Below are positions 15,815 through 26,121 of a stretch of 64,000 bases of DNA, piece after piece. The position numbers and the translations under genes are program-made. The notes under the pieces are model-generated. The model was given only the letters and a program-made list of their open reading frames with translations, had not been told where the DNA came from and did no database searches. Within the stretch, counting starts at the first letter, position 1. Each line of letters starts with the position of its first letter. Origin of the DNA: a virus (taxonomy: Duplodnaviria; Caudoviricetes); IMG/VR virus record IMGVR_UViG_3300042924_003217, positions 2,073 to 66,072 of that record; one strand, 5' to 3'.

Positions 15815-16032
15815 TAGGAAGCGACGTAGTTCGTCAGAGTATCAGCAAACGCAGTGATCTGTTGCGCGGTCACGTCACGGGAATCCACCGGCTTGCTGCG
15901 GGCGTTCTCGATGAGAACCTCCTTGGCAAGGCGAACGGCTTCCAACTTGGCACGTTTGGCCTCAAGGGCCAGTTGGTTAGCGTGCCGAGCGGCTTCAAGG
16001 TCAATCTGGAGTTGTGCGGGATCGATGGCCAT
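15814..16032 (-). CDS. Hypothetical protein
   Basis: TAATG overlap, helical. Confidence 0.7.
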   Translation of the reverse strand: MAIDPAQLQIDLEAARHANQLALEAKRAKLEAVRLAKEVLIENARSKPVDSRDVTAQQITAFADTLTNYVAS

Positions 16033-16044
16033 AGTTGTTAGGGG

Positions 16045-16731
16045 TTAAGCTTTAACGTCTTTCATTGAAATATTGCCGTACCATGTAGTGCCACCATCTG
16101 GCGTAAAGAACACCCAGATGTCAACCGCACTTGCGGTGGTGGTGCGCGAAAGGGAAGCCGCGCCGCCGGGAAAGCGAAACGCGCCACCGGACCACGCCAC
16201 AGTGCGTCCAGCCGTGCCGTCATTGGTCAAAATGAGCGTAAACGAGGATGCGCCAGAGGCTACAGGGTAGCGAAGCGTAAAGGTGCAGTTGCCCGTAAGG
16301 GTTGCCGTAAAGACGCCACCACTGGTCACGTCAATGTTGATAGCGGTGCCGGTATTGCCAAGTGCCGTGACCGTGTCCGCAAACCCAGTCACTTTAAGAT
16401 AGCTTCCGGTTGTTACCGCAGCCGAGATAGCAGCAAGCGAGCTAGTACTTGGTGCCGCACCCGCACCGCCACCCACCACAATCTGATTGGCCGTTAGTGC
16501 GCCAGACGATGCAATGGTGGTCGCGCCGGAAAAGTAGGGCAAGCCGCCGGACGCACCCGTAGCAATGCCCAAACCGCCATTGCCGACCGGCAAAGTGCCC
16601 GTAACGCTCGTTGTGAGCGAGACATTGGTGATGGTATTGCTCGCACCGCTGATCGTCTTATTCGTCAGCGTAGCGGCATTGCTCGCAGTAAGGATGTTAC
16701 TGGGCGTGATGGTAGCGGAAAGTGTTGCCAT
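16045..16731 (-). CDS. Tail fibre-related structural protein
   Basis: TLTNKTI repeat, GTLPVGNGG, C-terminal beta domain ending DGGTTWYG. Confidence 0.75.
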   Translation of the reverse strand: MATLSATITPSNILTASNAATLTNKTISGASNTITNVSLTTSVTGTLPVGNGGLGIATGASGGLPYFSGATTIASSGALTANQIVVGGGAGAAPSTSSLAAISAAVTTGSYLKVTGFADTVTALGNTGTAINIDVTSGGVFTATLTGNCTFTLRYPVASGASSFTLILTNDGTAGRTVAWSGGAFRFPGGAASLSRTTTASAVDIWVFFTPDGGTTWYGNISMKDVKA

Positions 16732-16737
16732 GGTTGA

Positions 16738-17238
16738 TTACGGTTGTTCGGGCCACTGCACGTTGAACGGGAACCCGGCCTGTTCGGGTAGGGTTCGCAA
16801 CGCCTGACGATAATTTGACCATGCTACAGAATTGACCGGTGCATCAGCAAGTTGCGTCCAGTCGGTTTCAGTAAGCTTGCGGTTGCGCTCCTCGCGCACG
16901 CCCTTGGCCTGCTCTGCGTCCTTCCGGGCCTTGTAGGCAGCTTCGTGCTGCGCAGCAGTTGTGACCGTGCCGTCCTCTGCCGTGGTGTCCGTAAAGATGG
17001 GGCCAAGCACGTACTTCGTGTACCACTTGCCGTCGATCTGCTCCACGCCAGCAGGCTGGCTGAACTGGTAGACGGTGCCGCCCGTGGCCTGCGGTCCCTC
17101 AAAGACTGGGTCCGCGCCAACAGCCTCCAGCACCTCGTCGGTAAGACGGTCAAACGACGGGCCGTCGTTCGCCAGCAGGTAGCGGCGTAGCTCGTCCTCA
17201 AACATTACGGCTCCTGTGGAGCGAAGTCGGATTTGCAT
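16738..17238 (-). CDS. Tail fibre assembly chaperone-like protein
   Basis: REERNRKLTETDWTQLADAP...W..YRQALR.LPEQAGFP..V.WP. Confidence 0.9.
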   Translation of the reverse strand: MQIRLRSTGAVMFEDELRRYLLANDGPSFDRLTDEVLEAVGADPVFEGPQATGGTVYQFSQPAGVEQIDGKWYTKYVLGPIFTDTTAEDGTVTTAAQHEAAYKARKDAEQAKGVREERNRKLTETDWTQLADAPVNSVAWSNYRQALRTLPEQAGFPFNVQWPEQP

Positions 17239-17243
17239 GGTGA

Positions 17244-19232
17244 TTAAGCGATGGCGAGGAAGAAGTAGTTAACTCCACTCGCGTTGAGAGCTACAGGTGC
17301 GGTTGCGGTGAGGCCAAAACCCGAAGATTGCACGCTAATGTAATCGGTGCCGGTTGTTTCAGCAGCCGTACTGTTCAACAACAAGTATGGGTCGTTACCG
17401 GCGGTTATTCCGCGAGCCGTGTCCCACACATACCAATCGTATCCAGCACCCGTAGTGCGCTTGATTAAAACAAAGCGAGCCCCACCCGTGAAACCGCAAT
17501 TGATGGTCTGGGCGGCTCCTGTTCCAACGTAGATTCCTGCTTTGCTAACACCGGGACAATCGGCAAACAAGTACGCAACGAACGTTCCGCCGCTGCTGTT
17601 GACTTCGGAGTAGCTTACCGGAAAAGTTGTGCTTGTAGGTGAGCCCGTGCCCCAGAGTATCGTGCTGGTGCCGAACTGGCCCGTGCCGTTGAGTTCGCCG
17701 TAACCAACTCCACCGTTAAATGCAGCAGCCCAAGTCCACCAAGAACCAGTCGTGCTGCGGCGTTTCACGATGTAGAAACTTGGCGTAACTCCAAGCGAGT
17801 GGGTTACGTTACGGTTGGACGTTCCGTCGCCTGTGTAGCACACAACATCGAAGAAGCCGGGAGCGCGGCGGAAATTTTGAAAAACTTGTGACTCGGTTGA
17901 GTAGTTAGGCCAATCGTAGTATCCGTTATTGTTAATGACCAAACCCATTCGATCTAAAGAAACTCCGGGAGGCGAACTTGAAGCTACTTCTGCTTGAGTG
18001 CCAGTTCCCAAAAGGCAGGAGCTTAATTCATTTAACGCGCCTCTGAGTCTGTCGTAAAAAACGCTAGAATTGGTACCACTTCTGTTTAAGTTTATAGCCA
18101 AATCCACGTATGAAAGTGAAATCGGAAGAGATCTTCCGTTGGTGTTGTTCGCAATATATGCTACTGGTTCAAACACGCTCGTCCCGCTCGTCGGCGTGCG
18201 CATCGGCCCACGGCGAATGGCCATGTAGATGTAGGTGGTGGACGGCGAGCCAGTCGCAGTAAATCCTGTTGCAGTGGGACCAAAAACGCGAGTACCCAGA
18301 GAAGACTCAGCTAAGGAGGTATTTGCAGTAAGAAACGGACTTCCACTCGGAGGAGCCAAAAGACCTCTTATGTTGTCGCCAATCTCCCAGCCCGTAGCCG
18401 TTGAGCTTGACGACTTGCGCATGATCCATTGCGGCTCCCAACCAAGCGTCACCGTCGCGTTGCCTGATCCGTCTGTCGTAAACGACCCACATGAAATTAC
18501 GTTGTCCGTCCCAGCCGCACCAAAGCCGCCCGCGTCGTGGGCGAATAGGTAGGCGACGTAAGTGCCGCCAAGGCCATCGGTGGCGTTGACGTTAATGTTT
18601 GTTCCAAGCGAAAAGTTTGTGCTTGTTGGCGTGGTGCTATTCCAAAACGTGGAGTCAGTTACTACGGAGTCTGCTGTGTTGAGATAGAGGCCCTGTGTGT
18701 TGGACAAAGAACGGTGGTAAACGACCCAGTTTCCGCCGTAACCATCTATCCGCTTCACCATTATGCAGCCGGGAACACTGCCGAGGTTGTGGGCGATGGT
18801 GCGATTAGCACCGTTGCCCGTGTACGTCACCACATCAAAGAACTTCGGTTGTTTACGGAAAGTCCATGAGGCGTAGGTCTCTGCGCTGGTGTTTAATTTT
18901 GCAAGCGATCCGATACTAAATCCTGACGACGTGAAAGACGTAAGACCTGTGGCCTGCGTTGATTGAGCGTCTGATGTATTACTAACTAAGTCTTTCGTAG
19001 CACCACGTGCCGTGTCGTAGAGTGCATGTGCCGTTGAACCTGAACGACCTTTCATCCAAACGAGACCGCCTTTTGTGGATAGATCGATCCCGTTGGTGAT
19101 CGTCTGCGTGCTACCGTTGCCCGTGTACAAATACGTCGAGAACACGTCCTCGATGTAGTTCGCGGCAACCTGCCGAGCAAACTGCCCGAATCCACCTGAC
19201 GATGCGGCACCCTTTGTTTCGATTACGGGCAT
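17244..19232 (-). CDS. Repeat-containing tail fibre/virion protein
   Basis: Repeated FFDVV.YTG.G, H.LG..P, YVAYLFA units; two-fold internal duplication. Confidence 0.8.
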   Translation of the reverse strand: MPVIETKGAASSGGFGQFARQVAANYIEDVFSTYLYTGNGSTQTITNGIDLSTKGGLVWMKGRSGSTAHALYDTARGATKDLVSNTSDAQSTQATGLTSFTSSGFSIGSLAKLNTSAETYASWTFRKQPKFFDVVTYTGNGANRTIAHNLGSVPGCIMVKRIDGYGGNWVVYHRSLSNTQGLYLNTADSVVTDSTFWNSTTPTSTNFSLGTNINVNATDGLGGTYVAYLFAHDAGGFGAAGTDNVISCGSFTTDGSGNATVTLGWEPQWIMRKSSSSTATGWEIGDNIRGLLAPPSGSPFLTANTSLAESSLGTRVFGPTATGFTATGSPSTTYIYMAIRRGPMRTPTSGTSVFEPVAYIANNTNGRSLPISLSYVDLAINLNRSGTNSSVFYDRLRGALNELSSCLLGTGTQAEVASSSPPGVSLDRMGLVINNNGYYDWPNYSTESQVFQNFRRAPGFFDVVCYTGDGTSNRNVTHSLGVTPSFYIVKRRSTTGSWWTWAAAFNGGVGYGELNGTGQFGTSTILWGTGSPTSTTFPVSYSEVNSSGGTFVAYLFADCPGVSKAGIYVGTGAAQTINCGFTGGARFVLIKRTTGAGYDWYVWDTARGITAGNDPYLLLNSTAAETTGTDYISVQSSGFGLTATAPVALNASGVNYFFLAIA

Positions 19233-19237
19233 GAGGA

Positions 19238-21874
19238 TTAAGCGAAGCGGGTTTGCGACGCGAAGACCGAGTAGGTCGGCGTAGCGGCTGTCTTGACGAT
19301 GGTGTAGACGTAGGCGTCCACGCTACTTGCGTTGCCCGCGCTGGGGGCCGTGCCGCCCTGCCAACGTGTCGTCACACCAACAGTCGTGCCGTCAACCTGC
19401 ACGGACGTGTTGTAGAATGCCGCAGCACCGTTCGTAACAAGGAACGCAGCGGTGACGCTTTGGCCAACAGCAAGAGCCGTGTTGAGCGTTGTTCCCGCTG
19501 AGGCTCGAAAGTTGACGACAAAGTTGCCAGAAGCGTTGCTGGTGTAAAACAGCACCGATTGCGTGGTGATATCGTAAGCGATGGTGCCGGTGGCTGCGGT
19601 AGCGGACACTGTCACGATCTCGGCAGCATCGTTCAAAACCAAGGCCAGTGCGCTGCTTGAGCCGCTGAGGGTCTGTGTAGCAGTAAACGTGTTGGCAACA
19701 CCGGTTCCAGCCACACCGGTTAACGTGTTGTTTGAGTAAGCAATGGTCTTGTTGGTGAGCGTTTGAACGCCGTTTAGCGTTACCGCATCACCGCCACCGC
19801 CACCGATCTGAGCATAAACTTCCCACGTTGTGCCGTCATAGACAAACTGCACGCTGACGCCGCTAATGTCGCAGATAAGATCCTGAGCAAGGTTGCTGAT
19901 GGTGGATCCGTTGCGGCCAACGGTCAGGTTGTTTGTGCCCCATGCGGCACCAGCATCCGCCACGACCACAAGGTCGCCAACAGACGGGGTTGCGGGCAGG
20001 GTTACCGTGAATGCTCCGCCAGAAGTGTCTGCTAGAACGCCTTCCTTATTAACAGCCGTATAGTTAGCAGTCTTGTAGACGTAGTTGGCTACGTTGCCTT
20101 GTGCTCCGGTTGCTCCGGTTACGCCAGCAGGCCCAGTTGCGCCAGTCACGCCAATCGGTCCGGTGGGGCCAGCAACCCCCGTTGCGCCCGTGGGACCAGT
20201 CGCGCCGTCAACGCCAGCCACGCCAGTGGCACCGGTAGGCCCAGTGACGCCCGTAGCTCCATTGACGCCAGCAACACCTGTTGCGCCTGTGGGCCCTGTT
20301 GGGCCATCGACACCCGCAACACCAGTAGCTCCGGTTGGGCCTGTGGGACCGTCAACGCCAGCTACGCCGGTAGCACCTGTCGGACCAGTTACTCCAGTAG
20401 CGCCAGTCGGACCAGTGACACCTGTGGCGCCTTGCGGGCCGGTAGCACCCGTGGCGCCAATCGGTCCAGTCGGGCCATCAATACCGGTTGGGCCTGTCGG
20501 ACCTGTTGCGCCATCAATGCCAGCTACACCCGTGGCACCAGCAGGCCCAATTGCGCCCGTAGCACCAGTCGGACCGTCCACGCCAGTCGCTCCAGTCAAT
20601 CCTGTTGCGCCGGTGGGGCCAGTTACGCCCTGCGGACCCGTCGGACCCTGAATACCAGTAGCGCCTGTTGGGCCACTAGCTCCAGCTTGCGTGTACGTCA
20701 CCTGCATGACCGTGATAATCACGGACGGAACAGCAGGCGCAGGCGAAGTTGCGTTGTTAGCCTCAAGGACAATGTTCACATTGTCCACGGACCACATGAT
20801 CTCGATGTTGTCTCCACCAACAACGCTGTTCAGCAGGAAGTCCCAAGCAGCAACCTGCAAGGTATTGCTGGCAATGTTGATCCGGGTTGCGGAGTCAGGG
20901 ATATCAACACCGTTCTTGCGAAACCAAATTTGGATGGTTTCGCCCGTGCCGCCACCGCTACGGTGGTTCAACTGAGCCGAGAACTGGATGTCGTATGCGC
21001 CGGGGTTGACAAACGTGATCTGCGAGCCACCAACCACGGTAACACCGCTGGAATAAGCGACGCTGGGCGCGGTCATCGCGTAAGCGGTGTTCGGGAGTGC
21101 CGCGATTTGATCAACCGTGCTGTAGAAGGAACCGTAGTGGGCAATCGCACCACCCGGACCAGCGGGACCCGTTACGCCTTGCGGGCCAGTCGCGCCAACC
21201 GCACCGGTGGCACCCGTAGCACCAATTCCTGTTGCTCCAGTTGCTCCGATGTCGCCTTGCAAGCCTGTAGCGCCTGTCGGCCCGGTAACGCCAAGTCCGG
21301 TTGCTCCAACAGGACCCTGCACGCCAGTCGCACCAGTAGGTCCGGTAACGCCAGTGACGCCAAGACCCGTAGCGCCAGTGAGACCAGTTGCCCCTGTTGG
21401 TCCCGCAACACCAGTAGCACCAATACCAGTTGCACCACTAAGACCAGTAGCGCCCTGCGGACCTTGGACTCCAGTTGCTCCGGTAGGGCCGGTAACGCCA
21501 GTTACTCCAAGCCCAGTCGCGCCGCTAAGTCCTGTAGCTCCGGTTGGACCTTGAACGCCAGTCGGACCCGTTGCGCCAAGCGGACCAGTAGCACCGAGAG
21601 AGCCCGTTGCGCCTGTGGGGCCTTCGATACCTGTAGCGCCTCGATATCCTTGCACGCCGGTTGCGCCGATAACGCCGGTTGCACCCGTAAGACCAGTTGC
21701 TCCGGTCGGACCTTGGATACCCGTCGCACCAGCGCCTTGCGGGCCGGTCGCACCCTGTGCACCGGTTGGCCCCTGCACGCCAGTAGCACCTGTAGGCCCA
21801 ATCAGGTCAGGGAACAGAACGTCAAAGTTGGGAGGCGTACACCAATTAGGCGTTGAACACGGGTTGCACGACAT
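19238..21874 (-). CDS. Collagen-like fibre protein (two Gly-X-Y tracts plus globular domains)
   Basis: Long GPT/GAT/GVT triplet runs separated by a globular insert; phage fibre-like C-terminus. Confidence 0.9.
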   Translation of the reverse strand: MSCNPCSTPNWCTPPNFDVLFPDLIGPTGATGVQGPTGAQGATGPQGAGATGIQGPTGATGLTGATGVIGATGVQGYRGATGIEGPTGATGSLGATGPLGATGPTGVQGPTGATGLSGATGLGVTGVTGPTGATGVQGPQGATGLSGATGIGATGVAGPTGATGLTGATGLGVTGVTGPTGATGVQGPVGATGLGVTGPTGATGLQGDIGATGATGIGATGATGAVGATGPQGVTGPAGPGGAIAHYGSFYSTVDQIAALPNTAYAMTAPSVAYSSGVTVVGGSQITFVNPGAYDIQFSAQLNHRSGGGTGETIQIWFRKNGVDIPDSATRINIASNTLQVAAWDFLLNSVVGGDNIEIMWSVDNVNIVLEANNATSPAPAVPSVIITVMQVTYTQAGASGPTGATGIQGPTGPQGVTGPTGATGLTGATGVDGPTGATGAIGPAGATGVAGIDGATGPTGPTGIDGPTGPIGATGATGPQGATGVTGPTGATGVTGPTGATGVAGVDGPTGPTGATGVAGVDGPTGPTGATGVAGVNGATGVTGPTGATGVAGVDGATGPTGATGVAGPTGPIGVTGATGPAGVTGATGAQGNVANYVYKTANYTAVNKEGVLADTSGGAFTVTLPATPSVGDLVVVADAGAAWGTNNLTVGRNGSTISNLAQDLICDISGVSVQFVYDGTTWEVYAQIGGGGGDAVTLNGVQTLTNKTIAYSNNTLTGVAGTGVANTFTATQTLSGSSSALALVLNDAAEIVTVSATAATGTIAYDITTQSVLFYTSNASGNFVVNFRASAGTTLNTALAVGQSVTAAFLVTNGAAAFYNTSVQVDGTTVGVTTRWQGGTAPSAGNASSVDAYVYTIVKTAATPTYSVFASQTRFA

Positions 21875-21886
21875 AGTGTTAAAGTA

Positions 21887-22231
21887 TCATTTCCTGTTGC
21901 CAGAGGCAACCTTCGCGAGCCCTCTAATGTACAGCCCATCCTGCATGGAGAGCAATGATTTACGCCGCACGTCGGAGTGTTCGAAGTGGATGCCGATCAT
22001 TTCGCGGCTTGGTCCGTTGACCTTGATCTTGTTGGCGGGCAATCGGCTCAAAAGCTCGTCATCCAGCGAGATGTCGTAGTACCGGACGATGTCCAACAGC
22101 CATTCTCGGCTGCAACCGTCCTCAATCGCCTTGAGGAGAACTGCCCACGCTAGGCCACGGTAACCCGGAGTGACGTAATCCAGTGAAAAACGACACTTCC
22201 GGCTATCATCCGTGTAGTAGTTAGCGTTCAT
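21887..22231 (-). CDS. Hypothetical protein
   Basis: ATG at 22231, divergent from the capsid promoter. Confidence 0.55.
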   Translation of the reverse strand: MNANYYTDDSRKCRFSLDYVTPGYRGLAWAVLLKAIEDGCSREWLLDIVRYYDISLDDELLSRLPANKIKVNGPSREMIGIHFEHSDVRRKSLLSMQDGLYIRGLAKVASGNRK

Positions 22232-22269
22232 CGCCCCATTGCGATGTTTATTGCATACTTCTATCCCTA

Positions 22270-22299
22270 TTGACAAGAGCAAACGACTTTTGCTATCGT
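22270..22299 (+). promoter_or_regulatory. Sigma70-like promoter for the capsid gene
   Basis: TTGACA-N18-TATCGT with extended TG. Confidence 0.65.
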
Positions 22300-22443
22300 T
22301 TGCCTTGCAGGGGTCTAACGGAAACGTCGCGCTCTCCCACCCGCTGTGAGCAAACGGGTCTAGGACATCTGGAACTACCCACCGGATGGCAGTAGTAATG
22401 GCTGCGAAACCATTGCAAAAAACAAACCAACTCACGTTAGAAA

Positions 22444-23700
22444 ATGCCTATCACTCCTACTCCCGCGTTTGTCGATCTTCCGACAGCGGTTCAACTGTTC
22501 GCGGCTGACCCGACGCGCATCATTGCGCCCATCGGTGCGGCTCTTGCTGCCAATGTGCCTTACCTCTCCGTCCTCCCGCAGAAGACGTTTGAGGCTCAGG
22601 TGTCCCCGATCCACGTCTCGGTCGTTCAGGGTCGTACCGTCCCCGGTACGTCCATGACGTTCCCGCAGTTCGTGACCATGGGCAACGTGACGAACATCGG
22701 TTCCAATGCTGGCAACAGCAAGTCCGGTACGTCGTCCTACCAGTATCAGGCCAAGATCTATCAGGACTTCTCTGATGTGATTGCCCTGAACGTGGCCTAC
22801 AATGCCTTCAAGGAGTCCCTGACGAGCCAGCTTCAGGCTGTGCAGCAGTACTCCACGGAGCTTATCAACGCTGACGTGCGTGGTGAAATGTTCACCCGCT
22901 CGGGCGTTAAGGCTATCGTGCAGTCTGGTGTTTCGTTCTACTCGACCATCTCCGGTGGTCAGCAGCAGATCGACACGCCGCTCCCGAATACGTATTCGAA
23001 TGCGCGTCTGACGTTTGCGCTGCTCCACCACTACGCCCGCTACCTCACGCAGGACCTCCTTGCGTGGAAGTTCGGTGAGGGTGATGCCGCTCACGTCCGC
23101 TTCATCGGTTCCGCTGACATCCTTGAGGCCCTGCGTAATGACCTCGGTGGTGCGGCTGGCCCCGGTGGCTACACGCAGTACCCGATTGGTCCGCTGGGCG
23201 TTGGCTCGATGTCCGGTGACTCGGAGTCGAAGAAGGGTAACCTCAGTTACATCTTCAAGCCGATGTTCCGTGGTATCGACTTCGGTGAGGACCAGCGTCC
23301 GCTGCGCTACAACTGGACGGGTTCCACCTACGTCGCGGTTGAGCCGTATGTTTCGGTTGCCGGTACGACTGGCAACATTGAGGTCGTTAACCCCGGCTGG
23401 CTGGTCGCTTCGCACGAAGTAGGCTTCCTGTTCGCTCGTAACTCTTTCGAGCGTCAGGTTCCGGCCAAGTGGGTTGGCGAGGGCCGCGTGAAGTGGGCTC
23501 AGCAGATGTTCGGTGGCGAAGTCATCTTCGGCGCTTACCCGGACATGGTGCAGAACTTCTTCCGCAACTACGGCGTGCTGGCCTTCCAGCTCGGTCGCGC
23601 TTATCGCCCGATCTATCCGTGGTTCGTGCTGCCGATCCTCTACCATCGCTGCCTTGAGAACGATAATGTCACTTCTTGCAGTGGCATTAGCGGCGTCTAA
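22444..23700 (+). CDS. Probable major capsid protein
   Basis: 418 aa, strongly biased codon usage, own promoter and terminator, no other MCP candidate in the window; assigned by context, not motif. Confidence 0.65.
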   Translation: MPITPTPAFVDLPTAVQLFAADPTRIIAPIGAALAANVPYLSVLPQKTFEAQVSPIHVSVVQGRTVPGTSMTFPQFVTMGNVTNIGSNAGNSKSGTSSYQYQAKIYQDFSDVIALNVAYNAFKESLTSQLQAVQQYSTELINADVRGEMFTRSGVKAIVQSGVSFYSTISGGQQQIDTPLPNTYSNARLTFALLHHYARYLTQDLLAWKFGEGDAAHVRFIGSADILEALRNDLGGAAGPGGYTQYPIGPLGVGSMSGDSESKKGNLSYIFKPMFRGIDFGEDQRPLRYNWTGSTYVAVEPYVSVAGTTGNIEVVNPGWLVASHEVGFLFARNSFERQVPAKWVGEGRVKWAQQMFGGEVIFGAYPDMVQNFFRNYGVLAFQLGRAYRPIYPWFVLPILYHRCLENDNVTSCSGISGV

Positions 23701-23726
23701 GGCTTCGTCTAGTTAGACGAACTCTG

Positions 23727-23756
23727 GGGCTCACTCGAAAGGGTGAGCCCTTTTTT
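23727..23756 (+). terminator. Rho-independent terminator
   Basis: GGGCTCACTC-GAAA-GGGTGAGCCC-TTTTTT. Confidence 0.9.
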
Positions 23757-24687
23757 ATGTCACCAGCTTGACCCAACTGGGCACAAAATTGTGCCAGTCG
23801 TAAGCCCTTGCGCGTTCGTGTATCTCCCAGCACTTGTCCTGATAGGCCAGCGGGTTGTCCCGGTAGAACTTCAGGAGCCTGATGGTCTCGCGCATGAACT
23901 CCGTCTCGTCTTTTGACACCGCGATGCCGCCATGCGAGCCAATGCGGTCCATCCAATGCCCGACTGCCGTGCCGATCACCAATCGCCCTGCCGCGCCAGC
24001 CTCAAGTGCTGGCATACCGGCACCCTCTTCAAGGGACGGAATGATCACGCAGTCCACGTTGCGGTAGTAGGTCGGCATGCCCATGTACGACGTGTGGTAC
24101 GTACTGGCGGCTGAGAACTTCAATCCTGCCTCCTTGGCGGCTTCCTCTGCGAGGTAGCTACGCTTGCTGAATCGCGGCTCAAGCTCCTGCCCCGGTGTTG
24201 GTTGCGCGGAGTCCTGACGGCTCATGAATACGCCCCCGTAACCTACGGTCTTCAGTGACAAGGACGGATCGGCTCGGAAACGGTCTACATTGATCCCTAC
24301 GGGTACGTTTTTGAGCACCCTTGGCACATCGATTTCCCACGCTTTTTCGCACAAGAACTGGCTGACTGCTGCGGTCCTCTTGAACCGCATGAACTCGTCG
24401 TGCGGGATCTTGGTCTTCATCTTGTGCAGATCGACCACCGCATGGGCCACTAAGGCCACTTTTTCTGGCCTGTTTATGCCGTAGCTCTTCAGGGCGTCCC
24501 AGCCTTGCGGTAGGGTAACCCAGAGATCCGTATTGGCGTCCAGTTCCTGAATCTCAAGCGAGTTGTAGACGCGATGCCAAGGCAGCACCTGAGCGTCAAT
24601 GTCAGCCATCCAGAGATGCTTGCAAAGCTCGTAATGAATGGACCCCAGCGCCCATTCATAGTCCACGAAGAAGATTACCTTGCGCAT
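23755..24687 (-). CDS. Glycosyltransferase, GT-B/GT4-like
   Basis: IPS.EEGAGMPALEA (EX7E), VP.GI. Confidence 0.88.
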   Translation of the reverse strand: MRKVIFFVDYEWALGSIHYELCKHLWMADIDAQVLPWHRVYNSLEIQELDANTDLWVTLPQGWDALKSYGINRPEKVALVAHAVVDLHKMKTKIPHDEFMRFKRTAAVSQFLCEKAWEIDVPRVLKNVPVGINVDRFRADPSLSLKTVGYGGVFMSRQDSAQPTPGQELEPRFSKRSYLAEEAAKEAGLKFSAASTYHTSYMGMPTYYRNVDCVIIPSLEEGAGMPALEAGAAGRLVIGTAVGHWMDRIGSHGGIAVSKDETEFMRETIRLLKFYRDNPLAYQDKCWEIHERARAYDWHNFVPSWVKLVT

Positions 24688-25871
24688 CAGTTTGGCAAGT
24701 GGACGATGTGACCCTTCCGGTGATACCAGCCACTCCCCTGTGGGTCGTCTGCGGGCCTGCGAAGGTCGGCAATCTGTGCAAAGATGGCGTCAAAGCGTTT
24801 TGCGCAGGTTTCCATCGAATAGAGGTTCCTAGCCCTTGTTGCGGTGGCTTCGCGGCTTATAGCGCCCGCGTTGACCATTTCTATGGCTTCCAGATAGTCT
24901 CCGAGGGTGTTGCAGCGGTAACCGGTCCAGCCGTGGTCGATGGTTTCCGCAAAACAGCCGAAATTGGAGGCAATCAGCGGTGTGCCGCAAAGCTGGCCCT
25001 CGACCCCGGCTCCACCGAAGGGCTCAATGTAGCGGGTTGGCATCAAAAGCGCCTTGGCGTTGCCAACAAGGTCAGAACGAGCCTTACCGGTTACCGGACC
25101 AATGTACTTGAGACGCGGGTGCTTCCACGGGTCCAAAGAACCCTGTCCCGCCACCCAAATCTCCTCGTCAATGGCCTCAGCGATGGCTTTGACGACATCC
25201 AGACCCTTTTCGGGACAGATTCGACCGTAGTAGAGCAGGTACTTGCCGGGATTCGGCTGATAGTCCCAGTCATCAAGGTCAAAGTAGTTCGGGACGATCC
25301 AGTTGTACTCCTTGCCGCCCGACCCCTGCACCGGAAGGTGATCCGAGCCGAAGCAAAGCCGCCCGTTGCCGTCAAAATGGAGCGTCTTGCCGTAGTGATA
25401 GTGCATCCATGCGTAGCTTTCGAAGATGCGGAAAGCTCCAAAGTCGGGATCCGGGTATCCGATGCCGGTTTCGACGTGGTAGACGTTCGGGAACATCTTC
25501 ACCAAGTCCATGTGGGCGCGACCAAACGGGTGACACACGATGTCGCCGTCCTTCAGGTACTTCGGTAGCGCGGCTTTCAGGCGCTTGTCGAACTCAGTCC
25601 ACTGCTTGGATCCCAAAACCGCTGTATTGCCGTGGAAAGCCGTCTTCTGGTGGCGTCCTGTTGCCGCCATAAGCTCTTGCTCGGTCAGCATCTGCACCTT
25701 GGTCTCTGCTGCGGATTCCGACGTTCCGTTGTGGTACTCGATACACGGGTAACCAAGCGGCTGCATCATTTTCGGGATGCGGAACGCTTTCTGGGTGAAC
25801 GCGCAGTGATGGTAGTCACTGTTCGGAATCGTGTGAAACAGTCCCAGTACGTGCAGCGTTGGTTTGCTCAT
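24687..25871 (-). CDS. Glycosyltransferase, GT-B/GT4-like
   Basis: YYGRI..EKG, EPFGGAGVE (EX7E), CGTPLI. Confidence 0.92.
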   Translation of the reverse strand: MSKPTLHVLGLFHTIPNSDYHHCAFTQKAFRIPKMMQPLGYPCIEYHNGTSESAAETKVQMLTEQELMAATGRHQKTAFHGNTAVLGSKQWTEFDKRLKAALPKYLKDGDIVCHPFGRAHMDLVKMFPNVYHVETGIGYPDPDFGAFRIFESYAWMHYHYGKTLHFDGNGRLCFGSDHLPVQGSGGKEYNWIVPNYFDLDDWDYQPNPGKYLLYYGRICPEKGLDVVKAIAEAIDEEIWVAGQGSLDPWKHPRLKYIGPVTGKARSDLVGNAKALLMPTRYIEPFGGAGVEGQLCGTPLIASNFGCFAETIDHGWTGYRCNTLGDYLEAIEMVNAGAISREATATRARNLYSMETCAKRFDAIFAQIADLRRPADDPQGSGWYHRKGHIVHLPN

Positions 25872-25900
25872 GAATTTCAGTTGCCTTGATAGGCAGCGTC

Positions 25901-26119
25901 ATGCCTAAATCAAGCATGAAAGTCTCAAGCAGCAATATCGATGAGGTCAGCTACGACGAAAACAGCCAGACCATGACTGTTGAGTTCAACAGCGGTGCCC
26001 GATACCTGTACCGGGACGTACCCAAGGGTGTGTACGAGCGGCTGATCAATGCCGCCAGCAAGGGCGGTTACTTTGCCGACAACATCCGCCCCAACTTCAC
26101 AGGCATCAGGATCCGCTAA
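25901..26119 (+). CDS. KTSC domain protein
   Basis: SSNI..V.YD....M.VEF.SG..Y.Y..VP...Y..L..A.SKG.YF...IR. Confidence 0.92.
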   Translation: MPKSSMKVSSSNIDEVSYDENSQTMTVEFNSGARYLYRDVPKGVYERLINAASKGGYFADNIRPNFTGIRIR

Positions 26120-26121
26120 CC

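Noticed and set aside
20085-21856. Long plus-strand ORFs (e.g. 585 aa) over collagen genes, also at 39194-40926
   Set aside because: Antisense shadows of Gly-X-Y repeats that lack stop codons.
22432-23646. 404-aa minus-strand ORF opposite the capsid gene
   Set aside because: Shadow of a highly codon-biased gene; promoter and terminator support the plus strand.
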